From assembly GCA_964536745.1 (NCBI GenBank), contig CAZHYL010000002.1:68969-132968 (forward strand): a DNA stretch of 64,000 bases, given 5' to 3'. This document shows positions 57,548 through 64,000 of this stretch, piece after piece. Source of the stretch: an uncultured Candidatus Saccharibacteria bacterium (lineage in GTDB: Bacteria; Patescibacteriota; Doudnabacteria; UBA920). The notes under the pieces were generated by a model. That model saw only the letters and a program-made list of their open reading frames with translations, searched no databases and had not been told where the DNA came from. The translations under genes and the position numbers were made by a program. Each line of letters opens with the position of its first letter. The first letter of the stretch is position 1.

Positions 57548-58106
57548 ATTCAGACTATTAGAAGGAGAGCACCATAAAAATACTTACCGAGAAAGTATGC
57601 TATTTTTGTTTGAACCTCTGATAGTAGTTCTGCTCGCAGTATTCCTACCATTATATTTCTTATGGCGTTATGAACTACTTAGTCAATTTGGTTCGATCAT
57701 CCTTATAGTAGCAGTAATCGGTATTGGCTGGTTCTTAAGAGATGCGATGATCTGGTATCGAAATTCGTACGTTTTAACTAATCAGAGGCTAATTATTTTT
57801 GACCATCAAGGACTACTGAAACATGCAGTAATTGAAACCCCGCTGGAAAGAATATTAAATGTCAGCTTTAGAACCACAGGAGTTCTTTCTGCACTATTTG
57901 TCTTTGGCGATGTTGAAGTGCAAGTTGTTGGAGTCGTTGAGCCAGTAATCTTGAAGCACGTTCCAAACCCTGCAGAAATTAAGGATTACCTTTGGGATCT
58001 ACACAAACGAAATAACCCTAAAAACATAAGCCTAGAACCACAAGATTTACCAAAATACTCACGAGATAGCCTACATCACAATTCTGAAAAAACTAACAGA
58101 CATTAA
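57540..58106 (+). CDS. Bacterial PH-domain (bPH_2/YdbS-like) membrane protein
   Basis: 188 aa with two N-terminal TM segments, then NQRLIIFDHQGLLKHAVIETPLERILNVSF. Confidence 0.7.
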   Translation: MHRFRLLEGEHHKNTYRESMLFLFEPLIVVLLAVFLPLYFLWRYELLSQFGSIILIVAVIGIGWFLRDAMIWYRNSYVLTNQRLIIFDHQGLLKHAVIETPLERILNVSFRTTGVLSALFVFGDVEVQVVGVVEPVILKHVPNPAEIKDYLWDLHKRNNPKNISLEPQDLPKYSRDSLHHNSEKTNRH

Positions 58107-58107
58107 T

Positions 58108-58473
58108 TTGAAACTTCCTGCAATATTCAAATCAAAATTATTTATTGTAGTCGCATTAATTGCTTTTTTGGTGACTGCTGGTTTAGAATATAAACAATGG
58201 ACAGCAAGAAGAACAATTGATAATGAGATAGATGCCTTGAAACAAGAAGAACACAGGTTAAATGAAGCGAACAATGAACTAAAAAACTCAATAAGCTTTC
58301 TTTCCAGTCCTGAATATCAAGAAAAGCTTGCTCGAATGCAATTAAACCTCAAAAAAGAAGGTGAAATCGTTGTAAATTTACCCGGTGAGGGACAACAAAC
58401 CAACACTAGTATAGAAAGTCATCAAACCAAATCAAACTTAGTGAACTGGTGGAATTATATATTCGTTAACTAA
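58108..58473 (+). CDS. FtsB/DivIC-like septum-formation initiator
   Basis: 121 aa with an N-terminal TM segment and a coiled coil (IDALKQEEHRLNEANNELKN). Confidence 0.6.
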   Translation: MKLPAIFKSKLFIVVALIAFLVTAGLEYKQWTARRTIDNEIDALKQEEHRLNEANNELKNSISFLSSPEYQEKLARMQLNLKKEGEIVVNLPGEGQQTNTSIESHQTKSNLVNWWNYIFVN

Positions 58474-58478
58474 TCGCT

Positions 58479-59387
58479 ATGGCAAACAAAGAAAAAACTG
58501 AAGCCGTAACAAAGAAAAACAAGAAGTGGATCTTCATAACCCTTGGAGTTATTCTTTTAATCGTGGCTGGAGCAAGCTTTTGGCTATATACAGGAGAAAC
58601 GACTAACGCTAAGAGAACTGTATTTAAGACCTTACCATTGCCACTTGCGAAAGTTGGTACAGAAATGATTTATAGCAATGACTTCTTTTCCAGACTCACT
58701 GTTGCTTCATTAATTTACAATCGAGAAAAGTTACCAACAACAAGTCTAGAACAGGATTTATTGAATCAACTTATCAATTTGAAAAAAATTGAAGTTCTTG
58801 CCAAGCAAAATCATGTGTCAGTTACTAATCAAGAAATAGAAGATAGCTATCAAGCATTTCTAAGTCAAAGTGGACTTAAGTCAGAGGAAGACCTAGAATC
58901 CAAACTTAAGGACCAATACCATTTGTCTATTGGATCATTCAAAGAAGAAGTCCTTAAACAGAAACTTATCCAAGACAAACTAAATTTATGGTTCAATGGT
59001 CAGGAAAGACTCAATCAGGAAAGCTTCATTCTAGCTCGTGAAGTTCTAGCAAAATTGGAAAATGGTGAAAATTTTGAAGAGGTAGCTAAAAAATACACCC
59101 AAGACTATGGTAGTAAAGATTTTGCAGGTGATGGTGGTTTTGTACCATATCAGAGTCTATTACCAGAGTTTAGAGAAGCGGTTAAAGAGCTTTCCATTAA
59201 TCAGAGAAAATTAGTCATCAGTAGATATGGGCTACACATTGTTCAACTTAATGCGGTAGAAGAGTCACCGGAATCAGAAGAGAATAAAAGTTATAATTTA
59301 CAGCAAATCTTTATTAAGCCTGGAGACTTCGGAAAATGGCTAGAAAGCGAGTCGCAGGCTATCTCTACAATAAAATTCCTACAATAA
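58479..59387 (+). CDS. Parvulin-type peptidyl-prolyl cis-trans isomerase (PrsA/SurA-like), membrane-anchored
   Basis: 302 aa with a TM anchor and a PpiC domain (FEEVAKKYTQDYGSKDFAGDGGFV...RYGLHIVQL). Confidence 0.75.
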   Translation: MANKEKTEAVTKKNKKWIFITLGVILLIVAGASFWLYTGETTNAKRTVFKTLPLPLAKVGTEMIYSNDFFSRLTVASLIYNREKLPTTSLEQDLLNQLINLKKIEVLAKQNHVSVTNQEIEDSYQAFLSQSGLKSEEDLESKLKDQYHLSIGSFKEEVLKQKLIQDKLNLWFNGQERLNQESFILAREVLAKLENGENFEEVAKKYTQDYGSKDFAGDGGFVPYQSLLPEFREAVKELSINQRKLVISRYGLHIVQLNAVEESPESEENKSYNLQQIFIKPGDFGKWLESESQAISTIKFLQ

Positions 59388-59414
59388 CCCTGTAATTCAA
59401 ACAGGGTTTTTGTT
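59388..59414 (+). terminator. Rho-independent terminator after the PPIase gene
   Basis: aaccctgt-aattcaaa-cagggtt followed by a T-run. Confidence 0.55.
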
Positions 59415-59429
59415 AAAATGCCTTAGTAA

Positions 59430-59503
59430 GCAGAATTAGTACAATGGTAGTATGCGACCTTCCCAAGGTTGAGACGCGGGTTCGATTCCCGTATTCTGCT
59501 CCA
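59430..59503 (+). tRNA. tRNA-Gly (anticodon CCC), CCA encoded
   Basis: Acceptor GCAGAAT / ATTCTGC, anticodon loop cgaccTTCCCAAggttg. Confidence 0.8.
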
Positions 59504-59519
59504 GTAGCATTCTAGACCC

Positions 59520-59595
59520 GCCGACTTAGCTCAGTTGGTAGAGCAGCGGTATCGTAAACCGCAGGTCATCGGTTCAAACCCGATAGTCGGCTCCA
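59520..59595 (+). tRNA. tRNA-Thr (anticodon CGT), CCA encoded
   Basis: Acceptor GCCGACT / AGTCGGC, anticodon loop gcggtATCGTAAaccgc. Confidence 0.85.
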
Positions 59596-59609
59596 AACCT
59601 AAAAACTCT

Positions 59610-59630
59610 TGCCAAAATGGCATTTTTTTG
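59610..59630 (+). terminator. Short hairpin (TGCCA-aaa-TGGCA) followed by a T7 run after the tRNA pair
   Basis: Seen in the sequence. Confidence 0.4.
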
Positions 59631-59657
59631 ATACTTTTTAAGGGTAGATAGATCCAA

Positions 59658-59894
59658 ATGACTAACAATAACGAGCAGAAAACGATTACTTGGCAAAAAA
59701 CCCTCGTTATTGCGATGGAGTTTGGTTTTATTATTGTATTACCTCTAATTGCCTTTAGTTACGTAGGGAAGTGGCTTGAAAATAAATATGATAATAAAAT
59801 CTTCTTCATGGCCTCATTGCTTGCAGCCCTCATATTTAGCACCATTTGGTTATACCGTAAAATAATGAAACTATACGACGAGTTTACAAAATAA
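59658..59894 (+). CDS. Small membrane protein at the head of the atp operon (AtpZ/AtpI-like)
   Basis: 78 aa with two TM segments, directly upstream of atpB. Confidence 0.55.
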   Translation: MTNNNEQKTITWQKTLVIAMEFGFIIVLPLIAFSYVGKWLENKYDNKIFFMASLLAALIFSTIWLYRKIMKLYDEFTK

Positions 59895-59898
59895 AACC

Positions 59899-60750
59899 AT
59901 GATAGCCTTACCTCCACTGGCAGCCGAACCGATTTTCCATATCAATAATTTTGCTGTTACAAATACAATTATCAATTCAACCTTAACCATGCTTGGTTTT
60001 GTTGCTTTTGCTTTTGTAATAAGCCTTACTATAAAAAATAGTAAGTCCTCGGCTCCAAGGGGAATCTTAAACTTTTTTGAATCAATCCTTGAAACACTTT
60101 ATGGATATTTTGACTCTGTCACCAGAGATCGCAAAAAAACCATTCAGTTTCTTCCATTGGTAGGTACTTTGTTCTTTTTCATTTTAGTATCAAATTGGAT
60201 TGGACTGCTTCCTGGTATCGGTAGTATCGGAAGATACCTGCTACACGAAGGACATGTAGAGCTTATTCCAATCTTCAGACCAGCAACCACTGACCTTAAT
60301 CTAACACTTGCTATGTCCTTAGTAGCAGTTATTACCTCTCATGTTTTAGGTATTGCTGTTATTGGAGCTTTCAAATACTTCAATAAGTTTGTTAAAGTCG
60401 CAGATCTTTGGTACGCAGTTAAATCCTTAAACCCCATGAATATTTTAACTGCAGTTATTGAATTCTTTGTTGGATTCTTAGAAATCATCTCTGAAGTTGC
60501 AAAACTGCTTTCGTTGTCATTGAGGTTATTTGGAAATGTTTTTGCTGGCGAAGTACTCTTAACCGTTCTTGCTGGTATTTTGCCTTTCATCTTACCGCTG
60601 CCTTTTATTACGCTAGAAATTATTGTCGGTGTGGTTCAAGCTACTGTCTTTAGTATGTTAACCTTAGTGTATCTAACCGTGGCTACTACAGAAGTTGCCA
60701 GCCACCATGATAGTCATCCTGAAGATTTAGAGCCAACGCCAACTATGTAA
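59899..60750 (+). CDS. atpB: F0F1 ATP synthase subunit a
   Basis: 283 aa with the conserved Arg region (LSLSLRLFGNVFAGE). Confidence 0.9.
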   Translation: MIALPPLAAEPIFHINNFAVTNTIINSTLTMLGFVAFAFVISLTIKNSKSSAPRGILNFFESILETLYGYFDSVTRDRKKTIQFLPLVGTLFFFILVSNWIGLLPGIGSIGRYLLHEGHVELIPIFRPATTDLNLTLAMSLVAVITSHVLGIAVIGAFKYFNKFVKVADLWYAVKSLNPMNILTAVIEFFVGFLEIISEVAKLLSLSLRLFGNVFAGEVLLTVLAGILPFILPLPFITLEIIVGVVQATVFSMLTLVYLTVATTEVASHHDSHPEDLEPTPTM

Positions 60751-60835
60751 GTCGCATGTTTACGGGTGCGGTATAACCGCCCTCGTAAAGATGTTGTTTA
60801 CATCTAAAGTAATTAATTTGATTAAACGACTTTAA

Positions 60836-61090
<255 letters not shown>

Positions 61091-61144
61091 CTTTTAGATT
61101 CAGCCTTTATACTCATAAAGGCTGGGATTTAAACACTATTCATT

Positions 61145-61822
61145 ATGAAAAAAATCTCACGAATCATTTTTATCTCGGTATTCTTTGGTAGCTTTGTACT
61201 TTTCAATTTTACTATTGTTAATGCAGCTACAACTGCCAGCCCAACAGAAACTACTACCGCTGAAATGCATCAAACCGATTCTGTAGAGTCTGCAAATGCC
61301 ACCACACCAGAGCACTCTGAAGACACAGGAGTTGTTGGACTCTTTGGCTTGAATTGGAAACTATTCCTTGCTCAACTGATTAACTTCGCAATTGTGTTAT
61401 TTGTACTATGGAAATGGGTCTGGAAACCTGTAACTTCTGGAATGGAAGCTCGTACCAAAAAAATTGAAGATTCCTTACTGACTGCAAATAAGATCGAAAA
61501 TGAAAAAATTCTTTTTGAAGAGTGGAAATCAGCAGAGATGAGTAAAGCAAGAACTGAAGCCACTAGTATTATTAACGAAGCCAAAACTACTGCTGTTCGT
61601 ACAAAAGATCAAATTTTAGAACAGACCAAACAAGAACAACAGGGAATCATTGATAGAACAAAAGTTCAACTTGCCAAAGAGCAAGAATTGGCAGTTTCAG
61701 AAGCAAAGCAACAACTCGCAGAACTGGTTGTAATTGCTACTGAAAAGTTACTTCGTTCCAAATTAGATACTAAATCAGACCAAAAGCTTATTAATGCGGC
61801 ATTAAAAGATAGGGAAGAATAA
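61145..61822 (+). CDS. atpF: F0F1 ATP synthase subunit b, with an N-terminal extension
   Basis: 225 aa with signal/TM, Ser/Thr-rich spacer and second TM, then a long charged helix. Confidence 0.75.
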   Translation: MKKISRIIFISVFFGSFVLFNFTIVNAATTASPTETTTAEMHQTDSVESANATTPEHSEDTGVVGLFGLNWKLFLAQLINFAIVLFVLWKWVWKPVTSGMEARTKKIEDSLLTANKIENEKILFEEWKSAEMSKARTEATSIINEAKTTAVRTKDQILEQTKQEQQGIIDRTKVQLAKEQELAVSEAKQQLAELVVIATEKLLRSKLDTKSDQKLINAALKDREE

Positions 61823-61823
61823 T

Positions 61824-62222
61824 ATGAAATTCACCGCCAAACAATATGCTGAAAGCTTGCATGAAGTAATTGAACAAAGTAGTCCCAAGGAACACGATAA
61901 AATTATTAATAATTTCATTGCAATTCTAAATTCTAATGGCGATTTAGCAGCGTACGAAAAGATTGTAAACGAATACGAAAAACTTCTTATTCTAGAAGCA
62001 AACACGAGCAACATAGAAATCACTACAGCTTCTGGAGCAAGTCCCAGCCCTACACTGCTCAAAGAACTCAACCAGTACGCAAAAGATAAAGCGAAAATTA
62101 CCAAGACAACAGATGACTCAATTATCGGAGGGGTAATTATAAAAGTAGATGATACACTAATTGACGCAAGTTTAAAAACCCAACTCAATTCCATGGAAGC
62201 TAATTTAAAGGAAAATCTATGA
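61824..62222 (+). CDS. atpH: F0F1 ATP synthase subunit delta (short form)
   Basis: 132 aa between atpF and atpA with a C-terminal [26 protein letters not shown]-like segment. Confidence 0.7.
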   Translation: MKFTAKQYAESLHEVIEQSSPKEHDKIINNFIAILNSNGDLAAYEKIVNEYEKLLILEANTSNIEITTASGASPSPTLLKELNQYAKDKAKITKTTDDSIIGGVIIKVDDTLIDASLKTQLNSMEANLKENL

Positions 62223-63718
62223 ACAGTAATATAATAATTCAAAAACTTAAAGACCAAATTAGTGGCTTTGATCCAAAAGCCGAGATTAGTCATGTAGGAA
62301 TTGTGACAGAAGTAGGGGATGGTATCGCAAAGATTAATGGTTTGTCTGAAGTTGCTGCTATGGAAATGCTCGACTTTGGCAATAATACTTTTGGAGTTGC
62401 GCTTAATCTTGAAGAGAGGAGTGTCGGGGCAATTATTCTTGGAGCATTCGAACATATTAAGCAAGGTGACACTGTAAAAGCAACTGGGAAAATTTTATCC
62501 GTTCCTGTTGGCGAAAATTTAATTGGGCGAGTAGTCGGAGCCCTAGGCGAACCAAAAGATGGCAAGGGCGAGATTAAAGAATCTGCCTTTTTCCCTGTAG
62601 AAAAACTTGCTCCAGGTGTTATCACTCGTCAATCTGTACACCAACCTGTACAGACAGGAATTAAGGCAATTGATGCGCTGATTCCTATCGGTCGTGGTCA
62701 ACGCGAATTAATTATCGGTGATCGTCAGACAGGAAAAACTGCGGTAGCAATCGATACGATTTTAAATCAAAAAGGTCAGAATATGATCTGTGTTTATGTT
62801 GCTGTGGGCCAAAAGGAAAGCAAAATTGCAAAAATCGTTGCGGAATTAGAAGAGCGTGGAGCAATGGACTACACAATCATTGTATCTGCGGGAGCATCTG
62901 AAGCAGCGGCATTATCATACATTGCTCCTTACAGTGGTTGTGCCATGGCTGAGTACTTCATGGACCAAGGTAAAGATGTTTTGATTGTATTTGATGATCT
63001 ATCAAAGCAAGCTGTAGCTTACCGAGAAATTTCTTTGTTACTCCGTCGTCCACCGGGCCGTGAAGCTTATCCAGGAGATGTATTCTACTTGCACTCTCGT
63101 TTATTAGAACGCGCTGCAAAATTAAACAAGGATCATGGTGGGGGATCTATAACCGCTTTACCAATTATTGAAACTCAAGCGGGAGATATTAGCGCCTACA
63201 TTCCTACCAACGTGATTTCCATCACTGATGGACAAATTTTCCTTGAAGGCGATTTATTCTATAAAGGTGTCCGTCCAGCTGTTAACGTTGGTACATCAGT
63301 ATCACGTGTGGGGAGTAGTGCTCAAACCAAAGCTATAAAAAAAGTTGCTGGTAAATTGAAACTTGCGCTTGCTCAATTCCGTGAATTAGAAGCGTTCGCT
63401 CAATTCGGTTCAGATTTAGACGAGGCCACAAGACAACAATTAGAACTAGGTCGCAGATTAACAGAACTACTAAAGCAGCCTCAATATTCACCGGTGCCGA
63501 TGGAGAAGCAAGTTGTCTCGCTTTATGCAGTTAATAACGGATACATGGATGATGTAGAAATAGAACAAGTTGGGAAGTTTGAAAAAGAACTTTATGAATT
63601 TATGGAAACTACTGGAAAAGAAGTCTTAGAAGCAATAGCCGAACAAAAAGAATTAACGGAAGAGATTGAAGGTAAATTAAAAACCTCGCTCGAACAATTC
63701 AAGCAAGGATGGAAGTAG
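62219..63718 (+). CDS. atpA: F0F1 ATP synthase subunit alpha
   Basis: 499 aa with P-loop GDRQTGKT and full alpha-subunit core. Confidence 0.95.
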   Translation: MNSNIIIQKLKDQISGFDPKAEISHVGIVTEVGDGIAKINGLSEVAAMEMLDFGNNTFGVALNLEERSVGAIILGAFEHIKQGDTVKATGKILSVPVGENLIGRVVGALGEPKDGKGEIKESAFFPVEKLAPGVITRQSVHQPVQTGIKAIDALIPIGRGQRELIIGDRQTGKTAVAIDTILNQKGQNMICVYVAVGQKESKIAKIVAELEERGAMDYTIIVSAGASEAAALSYIAPYSGCAMAEYFMDQGKDVLIVFDDLSKQAVAYREISLLLRRPPGREAYPGDVFYLHSRLLERAAKLNKDHGGGSITALPIIETQAGDISAYIPTNVISITDGQIFLEGDLFYKGVRPAVNVGTSVSRVGSSAQTKAIKKVAGKLKLALAQFRELEAFAQFGSDLDEATRQQLELGRRLTELLKQPQYSPVPMEKQVVSLYAVNNGYMDDVEIEQVGKFEKELYEFMETTGKEVLEAIAEQKELTEEIEGKLKTSLEQFKQGWK

Positions 63719-63724
63719 GTTAGT

Positions 63725-63917
63725 ATGGAATATTATCTTCTCACTTGTCCTCGATCCATAAACTCAGACTTCGTGGATCTGCGGAATCGTTCGAAGATAA
63801 TATTCCATACATTAGGTGAGAGGCGGAATCGTTCTAAAATGTACTCGTATTCGCAGAATGGAATGAGATTATTAAGGTTTATGGTCTGCGGAATCGTTCG
63901 AAGATAATATTCCATAT
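63725..63917. repeat. Cluster of direct and inverted copies of a roughly 32-bp element (TCTGCGGAATCGTTCGAAGATAATATTCCATA)
   Basis: Exact 32-bp direct repeats at 63778-63809 and 63885-63916, period 107 bp. There is an inverted copy of the distal 17 bp at 63725-63741, and a degenerate copy (GCGGAATCGTTC...GAATGGAATGAGATTATT) between the direct repeats. The two 60-aa ORFs in the track, both starting MEYYL on opposite strands, are artefacts of this symmetry. Confidence 0.7.
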
Positions 63918-63941
63918 AAAAAAGGGAACCGAAGTTCCCTT
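63916..63941 (-). terminator. Minus-strand rho-independent terminator (GGGAAC-cgaa-GTTCCC) for a convergent gene that runs off the window end
   Basis: The hairpin is preceded on the plus strand by aaaaaa, which is the U-run on the minus strand. Confidence 0.5.
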
Positions 63942-63955
63942 AAGCCTACTCATCA

Positions 63956-64000
63956 CTAGATACCCGCCCAAGCCGACGACGTAGCAACATTGAGTGCCAT
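63956..64000 (-). CDS. 3' end of a high-GC minus-strand gene of unknown function (C-terminus ...ALNVATSSAWAGI)
   Basis: Open frame to the window edge with a TAG stop at 63956-63958 and a terminator just downstream. This stretch is about 58% GC, unlike the host. Confidence 0.3.
   Translation of the reverse strand: MALNVATSSAWAGI

Noticed and set aside
63725-63917. Possible CRISPR array at the window end
   Set aside because: There are only two exact repeat copies and the period is 107 bp, well outside the usual CRISPR repeat-plus-spacer range. The intervening sequence itself contains degenerate and inverted copies of the repeat. No cas genes or leader are nearby. It is better described as a repeat/IR cluster.

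Overview
This is a low-GC (about 34-36%), gene-dense bacterial chromosomal segment with short intergenic spacers and mostly weak Shine-Dalgarno sequences. Genes read intact in the standard code. The content and style fit a reduced-genome organism of the CPR/Patescibacteria type, but that is inference only. Most of the window is housekeeping: thrS (partial), dnaE, two SEDS proteins, rplY, prfA-prmC, rpmE, rpsB-tsf, six tRNAs, rpmG (too short for the ORF track), ddl and uppS. A cell-wall block follows: three glycosyltransferases, murG, a patatin-like gene, murC and murB. Then come hpf, secA, pepN, secDF, trxA, a second dcw-type block (dacA-like, mraY, an amidohydrolase, murD, ftsW, a DUF4012-like protein, murJ), lepA, ftsB-like, a parvulin PPIase, and the start of an F-type ATP synthase operon (atpZ/I-like, B, E, F, H, A). 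The stretches that look accessory are listed here. (1) A compositionally distinct island at 22751-24640 carries a five-gene minus-strand operon of small proteins (71-98 aa) with strong GGAGG ribosome-binding sites and no domain I can recognise. It sits between uppS and the glycosyltransferase operon and is my best candidate for something undescribed. (2) At 41241-45300, a sigma-70 region-4 / HARE-HTH-like DNA-binding protein is followed by a single-pass membrane protein and a VirD4/TraD-like coupling ATPase with a disordered K/Q/N/P-rich tail. (3) Small high-GC genes at 7530-7730 and 14268-14762 look foreign. (4) A methyltransferase cassette is bracketed by a 14-15 bp direct repeat of the tRNA-Trp 3' end. 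(5) A cluster of direct and inverted about 32-bp repeats follows atpA, where atpG would be expected. (6) There are long non-coding stretches at 1033-1583 and 24152-24643. Coordinates are from manual reading; no searches were run.
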